Below are positions 20,582-30,965 of a DNA stretch of 38,109 bases, one piece after another. Position 1 is the stretch's first letter. The number at the start of each line of letters is the position of its first letter. Source of the DNA: Asterionella formosa. Lineage: Eukaryota. Location: contig NKIB01015127.1 of the NCBI GenBank assembly GCA_002256025.1, forward strand, positions 1 to 38,109. The letters are read 5' to 3'. Both the position numbers and the translations under genes were made by a program. The notes beneath the pieces were generated by a model, which was not told the DNA's origin, ran no database searches, and was given only the letters and a program-made list of their open reading frames with translations.

Positions 20582-21442
20582 ATTCTTCAAATTCGAGCTC
20601 AAGTATGCTGTGTAGTCTTTATACACCATTCCACTAAAATCAAAGGGTGCAGGACTATTCTCTTTGTCCAACCATTCCCTAATAACAACTCTTGCAATAG
20701 ATTCCCTCTTCTTCTTTGAAATTCCTTGGTCGTCTGTGATTGCTACATGAATCTGGCCAAATAATATTGGGTTGATCAAACTCATCTGTCTATCCCTTGG
20801 TTCTTTGTCGTATTCATTCTTGTGCCGACAGGTACCAACCACATTATTAGTTTCACAACTTCATTCCCTTTATTGTCTCTGGTTGATTGTGCTCTATTTA
20901 GCTTTGGACATTCATCAGGTAACATCTTCTTCTTTGTTTCTTCCAGCAAGCGATCATCGCCAGCATCATGTCACATTTGCTGCTCAAACCAATCTCCTCT
21001 TCCCAGTAAATATTCGAAGTCATCCTTGCCTTCAATGATCTTCCATATTGCTTGAAGTATCCAAGACATGTCAAACGGCTTGAATTTGAATCCATCTCTC
21101 CGCAAAGGGGATGTAGCTCTCCATCACATGAAGCACAATTATGGCTGATTGCAGCTTGAGGAAATTCGCCACTTGCTTTGAGCATCATCTTACAGGCATT
21201 ACCTATACAACATGGAGCAAAGTTGGATGCAGGTTCAAATTTGTTATCCACAATCTCAAGGCTTTGAAAGAATGATAATTTATGATCTTATATTTCAATC
21301 GAAAAATTGAATGATCAATCTCTTTATAAGTACAGAAACATTACACCTACTATAGGACATGGTGACTTCATGACACTCTTAGCACCTATGGGAGGTGATC
21401 CATAACCTATTTTACTCTGCGCAAAAGTATCGAAAGCAGCCA

Positions 21443-21622
21443 GTCAAAATTAGGTTTTTCCACACCTAAAATTCCAAGAACTGAAAAGAAAGTTTAACTT
21501 TGTCTGTAGCCTTGTGACAGCATTCGTCTGTAGGACAAGAAAATATTTTTATCATTTCCTGAATTTTAGGTGTGGAATAATCTAAAATGACCCTCAGGGG
21601 CAGTTAATTTCACCTAAAATTC
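21443..21622. repeat. Inverted repeat (arms about 45 bp, 17-bp perfect core) plus a third partial copy
   Basis: TTCCACACCTAAAATTC (21458-21474) pairs with GAATTTTAGGTGTGGAA (21561-21577). CACCTAAAATTC recurs at 21611-21622. Confidence 0.85.
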
Positions 21623-21901
21623 CCCACTTTCTCCCTCTCACTATGGGTAGCATTTATGTAGGTATCACTCTATGTATGAAATATATATATATATTAATAT
21701 ATATATGTACTGTAAGGGAATTCCATGTACATTTTCAATTATATCATTTAGGTATCAGGATAGTGGGCTGCTGGAGCCATCTCCTAAATCTTTTCATGAC
21801 ACACGACTGGATTAATCGAGATTATTTACCATGTAAGGAGGTATCATCATCCTATAACTTAGTTTTTTTCTGAAGAAACGGAAAAAAATCCATTTTCTAA
21901 T

Positions 21902-24900
21902 TCAACCAAACCGTCCCAAGGTACGAGCGGCGTGCCCACCCAGACTCGAGTCGCCACTCAACGAAACATCTCCGAAGCCCATCAAGCTGATAGCTTCAAC
22001 ATCCAAGTCCTGGGATGTACTGCTCTTTAATATGTTCAAGTTGTTGAGCATTCCGGATACCATATCGACGTCAGCAGTGTTTCCTTCGTCAGGACCATCA
22101 TCAATCAAGTCAAATAAACGCGATCTCCTACTGTCATGTTGTCCACCAACAGTGGATGCACCAGCAATGCCACCGAAGTCAACTTGATTAATCACCTTCG
22201 AACGCATCGGCGACTGAGTTTGTCGCTGTCCCTGGTAACCAATCGAGGCCAATGAAGCGTGACCGAAACTGTCAGAAGAGTTATATCCTTCTGAGTAGTT
22301 ATCTGAGAAGGGACTGCTAGAAATAGGAGCAATTGGAGGAGATTCAACTCGCGGCATCATCGAGCGAATGATTTCCACAAGTGACGCTTCTCTTATTGGG
22401 ATTCGAGCCTTACCAGTGTCATTCTGAAACAGGGCGAAGAGACTTCCTGTCATATTAATAGTCGAAACACCGATTCCCTCCCCAGATTGAAAGACGTGAT
22501 GGCCGGCAGCCAAAACTTCAGCGCAGCGGAGAAACGCTCCGTGGCGCTCACTAAGTCTTGGCTCGAGTATAGCGAGATCATTGATAATTAGTGGTCGGCT
22601 AGAGTCTAGAAAGCACTCCGAGTGAAGAATAACAAGGAACGACAAGGGAATGCCTTCCTTGTCTCCGGCTTCCAAAAAATCAACAATTCTGCGGACATAG
22701 TGCGCTGCAATCATGTTGTCCAATGGGGGCATGACAACAATGGATCCTGATTGACTTAACAACGACAATTCCTGCCCGGCGTCTTCTTTGCCAAATGACG
22801 GAACGCCACCAAAAGGAGAGTCAACATCGGGGTATGTTCCAAAGAACGTTTCCTTTCCGACGACAGAAAACGGAGTTGTCCAAAGTTCGGCGCAAACGCC
22901 CGCGTGGAGTATCATACTCCTTAGGGTAGCCGGTGTGAGACGCAAATCCATGTTGGTGCCGGCAGTCAACATTCTGGTGATGTCGTATCGCTTTTTTGCG
23001 GCGAACAAAGCAGTCAAAAGCCTGCTAGACCGCCCTATGAAGCGTTCACGTAACTTTGAAAATGAGGTAGTTGTCATGTAGATTTGCGCACGATTTTGCC
23101 AGTCTACACATACCATAGACCCCATACCGTTACGCATTACTTCGGAGGCAGTGAGACTCAAAGTAGCGTCAGACCAATCGAGAGGAAGTCGACTTTCCGT
23201 TTCGCGTTTGTAGTTAACAACATCTTGAGCTAACGAGTAGCAAAGAACAGAAAAAGCAGCACCCGCCTCTTTCAAAGCTTCCATGCGCACCACTCCAGCT
23301 GCAGGTGCACTACTACATTTTCTGCTCTCAGCAATGAACTGACGTTGAAGGAAAGTGGAAAGAAACTCGAAATCGGTCCAGCTTGGTATCAAATAATCCA
23401 GGAAAGGAGTTTTGGTATGAGCAGCACGAACAATCCAACGGTAGAGGACTGTCTTGAGAATAGACTCATCAACAACTCCGAGAGGGTCTACACCTCCTTG
23501 TTTTCTTGCCAATTCACACCTTTGAACAAGCTCTGCAAGTTTCTCCTGTCGGAACAGAGCTACATGGGGAAGATCATATGAATCGGCTGTCTGATGGGTG
23601 GATAGCCCGTTAATTGGCATCGAGTATTGATTGTCCAGCACTTGCGTGGCGAAGTGTTGGCCATTCCTTGTACCTTGTCGTGTTGGGCTGAGGTAGCTAC
23701 TCGAGGGCTGAGTATCGCAATGTACTGATTGCTGCTGGTCAAATCCTAGGAAGTCGACCATGCCACTAGCCATGTTTTCCATGTGATCCTCAACAGCGGA
23801 GACTGCAGGTTGATGTCTAACAATACCGTCACTATTTACCGTGATACTCCTTGGGTTGACTGTAGTTGCTGGTTGGAATGTTTCAGGCAAAGAAGGGCCA
23901 TTAGGAGTTTTCATCTCCCATCCTCTCTTGTGGCCACCGACTTCGGCATCACTTGATGTACCGGGAGTAATGATCATAGTTTGCTGTGCACCACTATGAT
24001 GCACTCCATTCTTTTGTATCCCGTTCTTCCCACGTTTCTCCGTACCTGACGGAGATACAGATTTGAATTCTTTCATAAACTTCTTCTGAAGCTGTTCACG
24101 CTTCCTCTCGAGCTCTCGTTGGCGACGCTCTTTCTCTTCCTTCTCCTTTCGCTTGACTGCCTGCTCCTTGGCTAACTTCTCTCGCTCCGCCATTTCTTTC
24201 ATTTCTTGTTCCAGGAGACGCTGTTCACGTTCCATTTTCTCTTTTTCTTCTCTGGCTTGGCGTTGCCGATCTCGTTCTTCAGTAGCTTTATCCTCTTTTT
24301 CTTTCTGTTCTTGCTCTTCCTTAACCTTGATTAATCGTTGCCTCTCCTTCTTTTTCTTGTTTTTAGCTCGCTTCGTACTTGCGACAGCTTCCTCCTTTTG
24401 GGCCTGTGACTCCTCTTGTTCCAATTCCAACAAAAGAGCTTCTTCAGCGGCGCGGGCTTGAGCCTCAGCGCTTTCAGCCGAGTTGCTCTTCTTCTTTTTC
24501 TTCCTCTCGCCCTGTCGACCCTCACCAGGAATTAAAGCCAGAGGACTTCCGTTTTTAACTTCGTGCAAAGCAAGATTCGACTCTTCTGGTTCGTCGTCGG
24601 TTTCGTCGTCAGTGCTAATATTCAAAAGTCCTTCACGCTGCTGTTGTTTGACCCGAAGGTTGATGAGCAAACGAGCTCGTTGCACCTTCTTGCGATCGCG
24701 CGAGCATCTTGGCACACTTGCTTTGTACTCTGTGACCATCTCGACTGCAGCATCAATGAGATTCTGCTCGACCAGGATAGATAAGGCGGTATCCCCTTTC
24801 TTTGTTGTTACGGTATGATCGGCTCCGTGACGAAGTAGGAGCTCGACAGTCTCAGGTAGCCCTTTCGTAGCCGCTTGCAGCAAAGCACTGAGAGTGGGAT

Positions 24901-26422
24901 CTGCTTCCTCTGTTGGTGCACCCTCTTCCAACAAAAGACGAACAACATCGTCATGGCCTTTATAGGCTGCAATACTCAAAGGAGACCAGCCGGTGTCAGT
25001 ACACTTGCAAGGATCGCCGCCTGCCCGCAATAAAGCTTCAACTGCTGCCGCTTGACCATGATTGGCCGCAGTAAGTAACGGTGTCTCTCTCCACTTATTC
25101 AAGGCATGCACATCAGCTCCATTTTGGAGCAGCTGCTTCACTGCTGACAAATGCCCGGGCTTGCTACCTGCACAAGCTTTGTGTAATGGCGTACTCAAGT
25201 CTTCTGTCACACGACAATTCACTGGGGCCTCAGCCTTGAGCAACAACGTCACAATGTCATCGTAGCCCTTGTGTGCAGCGAATGTCAAAGCGCTCCAGCC
25301 AGCCTCGCTGCATAAACTTGGATCTGCTCCGTGCTTCAACAAAGCTTCTACTGCGGCCTGATGGCCGTTGTTGGCTGCGATGAGGAGGGGTGTTTCCCTC
25401 CACTTGTTGCATGCATTTCCGTCTGCGTCTTTAGCGAGGAGCAAATTCAGGACTTCCAGAGATCCAATACTAGCAGTTGACGAACAAGCAGTGTGCAAGG
25501 GTGTGTACAAGTCATCCTTGAATTGACAATTGACACCTGCCCCTTGATCAAGACAAGCCTGAACGGCGTCGCGATTTCCTTCCTCAACCGCACACTTCAA
25601 GTATAATTCGGCATCCTCTGAGTCGATACTAACAGAGGAGGACTTAACCGACACAGAGGCTCTGACTGTGAGTGAATCATCTGATACATAGCCCTCTTGT
25701 TGAATCCTATCAGATGTAATAAATTGAGACCATCCCCAATCGATGGCTTTTGGGCATAATTTAAATGTCTTGTCGGGGTTCCTTTTCGCATAGCCAAGAT
25801 TTCCGCCATTCGGGTGTTCCAAAGTCAAGACATAGCTTACTGCCTTTTTCCAGCCAAACGGTAGCTCCTCTGCATCTGCAACTTGTAGAAACAGACTAAG
25901 ATGGTGATTGCTGGCTCTGCCATTTCCATTTACATAAACTATCAACCTCCAACGGTTCCCAAACTCGTCCACAGTGGTAGCGGAGTATTCTGCCTTTTTG
26001 CACCCAGACTCTCGTTTCTTGGCATAGTCAGCGATTGTATGAGTGAATTCACATGTGGACTGCTGCGTCTGAGGCTTCCAAACTGGCGTCTCTGAATCAT
26101 CAGCGTGGTCTGCGCCATCGTCATCATCCTCGATCACATGTGCGCGTTTCTTTGAAATTTCTGTTTTATGGTTCGTGATTCCTGTCCCGTCGCGTTCAAG
26201 ATCATCATCAACGAGGCATGTAGCGTCGGCAGGTGGTAAGCCTCCTCCGGATGAAACGCCCAAGCGTCCGTGGCTTGGGTCAGAGGTGCCTTCTTCCTCC
26301 ATCTGCGACGGACTGCTACAGTCTTGTTCGTCTTCCTCTGGAGCATTCCTAGCAGCAGCTTCCTCGGCTTCGTTGAACTCATTTTGAGGCTGATTGCCTC
26401 CCGACGAGCGCCAACGCATCAT
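21902..26422 (-). CDS. 1506-aa protein: MATH/TRAF domain, ankyrin repeats, charged coiled coil and C-terminal PCIF1/CAPAM-like methyltransferase-fold domain
   Basis: MATH: WRLIVYVNGN..HLSLFL..DWGWSQFI. Repeated TPLH/TPLL..AA..GH..V..LL..GAD ankyrin units follow, then a K/E/R-rich coil. The C-terminal ELWTTPF..FFGTYPDVDSPFGG.PSF..SGSIVVMPPL resembles PCIF1 ECFASP..YCSAFPDTD.FGS.G.F..SGSFEANPPF. Confidence 0.85.
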   Translation of the reverse strand: MMRWRSSGGNQPQNEFNEAEEAAARNAPEEDEQDCSSPSQMEEEGTSDPSHGRLGVSSGGGLPPADATCLVDDDLERDGTGITNHKTEISKKRAHVIEDDDDGADHADDSETPVWKPQTQQSTCEFTHTIADYAKKRESGCKKAEYSATTVDEFGNRWRLIVYVNGNGRASNHHLSLFLQVADAEELPFGWKKAVSYVLTLEHPNGGNLGYAKRNPDKTFKLCPKAIDWGWSQFITSDRIQQEGYVSDDSLTVRASVSVKSSSVSIDSEDAELYLKCAVEEGNRDAVQACLDQGAGVNCQFKDDLYTPLHTACSSTASIGSLEVLNLLLAKDADGNACNKWRETPLLIAANNGHQAAVEALLKHGADPSLCSEAGWSALTFAAHKGYDDIVTLLLKAEAPVNCRVTEDLSTPLHKACAGSKPGHLSAVKQLLQNGADVHALNKWRETPLLTAANHGQAAAVEALLRAGGDPCKCTDTGWSPLSIAAYKGHDDVVRLLLEEGAPTEEADPTLSALLQAATKGLPETVELLLRHGADHTVTTKKGDTALSILVEQNLIDAAVEMVTEYKASVPRCSRDRKKVQRARLLINLRVKQQQREGLLNISTDDETDDEPEESNLALHEVKNGSPLALIPGEGRQGERKKKKKSNSAESAEAQARAAEEALLLELEQEESQAQKEEAVASTKRAKNKKKKERQRLIKVKEEQEQKEKEDKATEERDRQRQAREEKEKMEREQRLLEQEMKEMAEREKLAKEQAVKRKEKEEKERRQRELERKREQLQKKFMKEFKSVSPSGTEKRGKNGIQKNGVHHSGAQQTMIITPGTSSDAEVGGHKRGWEMKTPNGPSLPETFQPATTVNPRSITVNSDGIVRHQPAVSAVEDHMENMASGMVDFLGFDQQQSVHCDTQPSSSYLSPTRQGTRNGQHFATQVLDNQYSMPINGLSTHQTADSYDLPHVALFRQEKLAELVQRCELARKQGGVDPLGVVDESILKTVLYRWIVRAAHTKTPFLDYLIPSWTDFEFLSTFLQRQFIAESRKCSSAPAAGVVRMEALKEAGAAFSVLCYSLAQDVVNYKRETESRLPLDWSDATLSLTASEVMRNGMGSMVCVDWQNRAQIYMTTTSFSKLRERFIGRSSRLLTALFAAKKRYDITRMLTAGTNMDLRLTPATLRSMILHAGVCAELWTTPFSVVGKETFFGTYPDVDSPFGGVPSFGKEDAGQELSLLSQSGSIVVMPPLDNMIAAHYVRRIVDFLEAGDKEGIPLSFLVILHSECFLDSSRPLIINDLAILEPRLSERHGAFLRCAEVLAAGHHVFQSGEGIGVSTINMTGSLFALFQNDTGKARIPIREASLVEIIRSMMPRVESPPIAPISSSPFSDNYSEGYNSSDSFGHASLASIGYQGQRQTQSPMRSKVINQVDFGGIAGASTVGGQHDSRRSRLFDLIDDGPDEGNTADVDMVSGMLNNLNILKSSTSQDLDVEAISLMGFGDVSLSGDSSLGGHAARTLGRFG

Positions 26423-28509
26423 CCAAACAAACGCAAGTGTGTCTAATGCGAACGATGCCCCTTGTCAGTTCGTCAAACGGCGTGCAAATCGAGCTGTACA
26501 CACAGCAAATGAACAAGGAGGGCAAAGAGTTAGCCTTCGTAACGAATTGCAGATAAATGCTCACAGTTCGCTTTCAAGGAATCCCTCGAACGCATGCATC
26601 AAATCAAAATAAACTCAAGTCAGAGCAGCATTTTCGGCGCCCCACGTAGGACACATGCAGATCCTGGTACTGCGGGACGTGTGAAGCCAGACGGAATAGA
26701 TGCCAATCTCGGGCATGCAAGGCAAATACATTGTTCAGGACGATTACCGGTATGATAGAGACACCTTTCATGCTTTGAAAATGTTCTCTAGAGTCATTGT
26801 GCACAAATTGGGATAGCGATCTACCAATCCAAGCCGGCTTGATCTCACTGGCGCCGTTCAATCTCATCGTACCTTTTCTTTCGTTGATCGAATATTGCTC
26901 TTGATAGGCCTATGCATACATATATAATTTATAATCTATATGGCGAAGGCAGACGATGGACTTCTCTCGTCAGTACCGGTATATGCCCCCCCTTCGTACG
27001 GCGCGGTCAAATTTCTGAGTGGCTCGCTCATCGGAGATAGACTATCTTACATTACGGTACCTGGTACCTGGTACCCGGGTACCTGCACTCCAGTAACTGG
27101 TACTCCCTGAGGAAGGTCCGTATTCGAGATATTTAGCTTTATATTTGTTTAAGTTCAAAACGTGTTTTACCGGACCTTGTTCCCACCGGGTGGTAACTGT
27201 TACTTGATAGATTTAAACCTATGTACAGTATGTACATGGAGATGAAGGGCTGTGCACCATGCTGTGGTTGTGGTTGATATACGCACCGGTTATACCTACC
27301 GTTATACCAGGTACTTTGTACCAGGTAATTATATATTGACATACAGTATGTATCATGGCTATTATACCGGTCGCATGATCATACCGGTGCTCTAGTCCTA
27401 CGAAGGATTTAAAGAAGTCGAAGAAGTCAATTTTGAACAAAAATCCGTGAGGTGGGCAGCAGACTATCATGGACAGCCAACACAAAATTCAAATTAAATA
27501 ACCATCGACGGGCTGCTTTGAATCTGTTGTGTCCTATCTAACGAAATTCAAATCATTGTAAATTCTGCTGAATCAATGTCATTTATTTAGTTCCTGGGTT
27601 ACTTCCTTTATCAGATTTGAAGCAATAAGAAGCAGTATCTGCCTATATTGCTAGAAACACTCCTGGTTTGTTGATATGCGCTACAGCTACAGTCATCATT
27701 TTCCAGTCCTGAATAGGCAATTTGGATGCAATTGAATTTTAATTTTATGTTCTTGAAGCAAAAGATAGCTACGAAAATCATCATTCTGACCCCTGATATA
27801 TACTACTAGGGGAATTCCAATACAGCTCCTAAATAGTAGTATGCAGATGATTACCAACGTGTAAAATCTGCTGAAAATGCGATGAACCATAGCGTAAAGC
27901 ATTATTATCCAATCATTCATACATTTGCTACAGTTTCCTACACACCTACTTCTTCAGATTTTGCCTATGACATGAAATCTGATGAAAAGTATTGACACCT
28001 AGCTAATGATGGCCTGTTTGAAGCAAGGTCCACATCTAAATGTCATCATTGCATCAAGACCTTCTCCAGATGCGCCTCCACGTCATCCAACTCTTATATC
28101 AAAAGGAGTACTGAGACAGAGATAGTTTGGTTTCTGAAGCACTCCTAAAATGAACAGAAACACGATGATAGGTAGAAATAACGCACAGGCCATTTTTTGT
28201 TAAGCCCAAGAAAGTGGCAGGACCTACATGCTATGATGGCGTGAAACAATTTCAATTCCTTAAATATAGAACCTTATCAATGGTTGCGGTCATTCCTTGT
28301 TCAGCTGGCTGGAGATGAGTAAAACAATGAGAAAATGATTGCCACACATCACTGTAATGGAAATGAAATAAGTTGAAGGTATTATTTTGTGATGTCAATA
28401 CTACTAGCTAGCATTGGCTCAGCAATATCCCGGTATGATGTATGCCATACACGCTCAACCAGTACAGAATAGTTTGAGTGACAAGATATATGCCAGTCAG
28501 ACACATTGA

Positions 28510-28656
28510 AAAATTTGAAAGTATACATTACTGTATGATCATACGAAACAAAAATGACGGTTTTATGTGATCAATATGCATTAAAGACACATAGCCAAAA
28601 AAATTTGAAAACATACATCACTGAATGATCATATATATCAAAAAATGACGGTTTTA
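28510..28656. repeat. Direct duplication of a block of about 57 bp at about 90-bp spacing
   Basis: AAAATTTGAAA..ATACAT.ACTG.ATGATCATA....CAAAAATGACGGTTTTAT occurs at about 28510-28566 and 28600-28656. Confidence 0.8.
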
Positions 28657-28717
28657 TTAAATGAATAGCCTTTGTATTCTGATGAAATCATATGTACACT
28701 TTACCAGCATTATACAT

Positions 28718-29265
28718 CAATACAGGGTGGACCTTGAATTGCAAAACATCATCACCTTGTATTGGAACTTACGAAATTTTATTGGGACATGACAGAGTAT
28801 TGCCAAAATCCAATACAAGGGTTACTTTGAATTGCAAGATATTGTCACCTTGTTATATTGGAACTTATGACCTTGTATTGGGACATGACATAGTACAGCT
28901 AAATGCAATACAGCGGTACCTTGAATTGCAAAATTGTGCCATCTTGTAGAGGAAAATAAGCAAAGCACAATAAGGGAATACCTTGTATCAGATGATATTC
29001 CCATGACAAATAAAGGAACACCTTGAATTGGAGTGATACCTGGACTTGTTTTCATCTTGTATTGGACTTGACATACCAATCTGTCGCCAATACAAGGTTC
29101 ACCTTGTATTGGAATGGTATATCACCTTGTATTGGAAAAAATATCAAATGACCAATACCTTCTTATATATTGGAAAATATTGTGATGCCCAATTGAATGT
29201 ATGCCTGGGTTTTGACGACGAAAACTGGTTGAAAACGTGAGTACCAAAAATTGCCAATACAGGGT
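28718..29265. repeat. Array of the motif CCTTGTATTGG/CCAATACAAGG in both orientations, including about 2.5 tandem units of 93-95 bp
   Basis: Units start at 28718, 28811 and 28906. More than 10 motif copies are visible, plus a perfect palindrome CCAATACAAGGT-TC-ACCTTGTATTGG at 29087-29112. Confidence 0.85.
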
Positions 29266-29710
29266 GCTTTCGTTTCTTGGTGTAAAAATAAACAATGCTA
29301 CCGGGTACATCGAACGAAAGGTGGTTTCTCGTTGCAGCATGCGGTGAGAGTTATCAGGTGTACGTGGTACCAATACTGTTTGGCTCGGTCGCCCCTGATA
29401 CTATGTAAATACTACGTATGTGTATGTACATGAAAATTGTTGTTGTTAGGGTCAACCGTTGCTGGCATTATCACGTCTTGGGTACCCACCAAGACTGCAT
29501 GATTAGAGTTCAGTCTTACACCCACTATACTCCGACTTGTTGTCTGTTTTGGTGTTTTCATTAAGAGCATTCAAACTTCTATCGTGCTAAGGGTCTGTAT
29601 TCAACACAGAAACGTCGAAAACGATTCTAGCCGAGCAATCTTTGACGTAAACTCCTTGACATTCTGAGAGCGGTCAAGCAGCGAGACTGTGTACAGATAC
29701 AACTATCGAT

Positions 29711-30856
29711 ATGAATAATCGATTGGGAGATTTGCCAGATTGGGCTCATGACGGAGGAGAAGATGATGGAGGGGGGGGTGACATCGAGATGGGTAAACCG
29801 ATCGAGAAGAAGAAGGATGACATTGAAAAGGCAATCTTCTTCCAGGCAGTGGAGCAAATAAAGAACGAGATTGATTCGATCATTCAGGCTACCAATTCAA
29901 TCGAGAAAATCAACGAACAAGCCCTCCAAGCCACAACAACTGAAAAGGAGCAGGAACTAAGTAAGCGATTAAAGAAAGTCCTTGACGGGACGAATAAGCA
30001 AGCGAAAGCTGCCAAAAACCTTCTTGGCGAACTCAAGATCGAGAATGAAAAGTTGAAGGACAGTGGAGCTGTTACTGGCAGCGATCTTCGGTATGTGGAG
30101 ATTTTCAACGATAAATTATTCGGTGAACTGCATAAGATCTTAAAAATAGCTAACCGGCGTTTTCTATTCGCAGGGTCCGGGAGAATATGCTCAATACGCT
30201 GACTCGCAAGTTTATTGATGAAATGAAGCTGTACCAGGCTGCTCAACAAAAGTACAAGACTGACATTCAACGAAAATTGAAGCGCCAGGTCAAGGTTGTC
30301 AAGCCTGATGCTACAGACGAAGAAGTCGAAGAGATTATGAAGTCAGAAGGTGGCCGTGACGCCTTGTACAAACAAACTATTTTGGCAGGAGGAGTAAACG
30401 AGGAAATCAGGTACGTTTTCGTTTCGATGGATTTGTTTACGCCACATCAGTATCTAACAACGGGTAAAACAGGACTGTAACTGCTAAGGTCGCTGGAAAG
30501 TACCAAGATGTCAAGGCTCTTGAATCAAGCGTGGCGGAATTGCATCAAATGTTTTTGGATTTCGCTCTTTTGGTCGAAACGCAAGGTGAATTATTGAATA
30601 ACATCGAGCATCAAGTCAGAACTGCAGCAGATCATATTGATGAAGCAAACAAGGATGTTGTAGAGTCTATCGAATTTCAAAAAAAAATCCGAAAGAAGCA
30701 AATGTGAGTCAAATTAAATAAGCTGTGTTCGCATTGTTCCCTGGTAATCCTTGTTGCTAACCTCCCACTCGTCCCGTTTGGGTTTCTAGGTGGATTCTAC
30801 TAATTGTTATTGTGTTGATCATCGTCCTACTTTTTGCATTTAATGTCCTTCCTTAA
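29711..30856 (+). CDS. Syntaxin (Qa-SNARE, plasma-membrane Syx1/SYP1-like); exons 29711-30090, 30174-30410, 30473-30703, 30790-30856
   Basis: N-peptide MNNRL, Habc helices, SNARE motif LESSVAELHQMFLDFALLVETQGELLNNIE and C-terminal TM WILLIVIVLIIVLLFAF. Three GT..AG introns with CTAAC branch sites splice in frame. Confidence 0.93.
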
Positions 30857-30965
30857 GGAGCTACGCGTCGTGTTTGTTTTGCCTCTTCGCAGTAAATATG
30901 GTTGGATTAGAACAAAAAATAGTAATCAGAAATAAGGGAAAGCTTAATCAGTGTCTTTAGCTTGT

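Larger units (their letters stand above)
19075..21251 (-). mobile_element. Decayed CryptonS-like tyrosine recombinase ORF with Cys/His-rich N-terminus, split by SINE-like insertions at 19854-20581
   Basis: Minus-strand fragments in order: C..C...H..C cluster (about 21210-21060), FDFSGMVYKDYTAYL, YRNKRSILNSLFK, GKQEITFEV, LIWNLMCR (19551-19534), FFTNPDIYPVCCV, IFPSPKQEERF and GVHSIRKGAGTYAFSGTTTAPSSVSANNRGGRTLGGV (HSIRKGA 19182-19162). It is truncated before the catalytic Tyr and has multiple frameshifts. Confidence 0.8.

Noticed and set aside
27101..27190. Small foldback (AAGGTCCG/CGGACCTT) starting at TACTCCCT
   Set aside because: The inverted match is only 8 bp and the outer ends do not form proper TIRs.
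28718..29265. CRISPR-like appearance of regularly spaced repeats
   Set aside because: The intervening sequences are themselves repeated, the motifs occur in both orientations, no cas genes are present and the context is eukaryotic.
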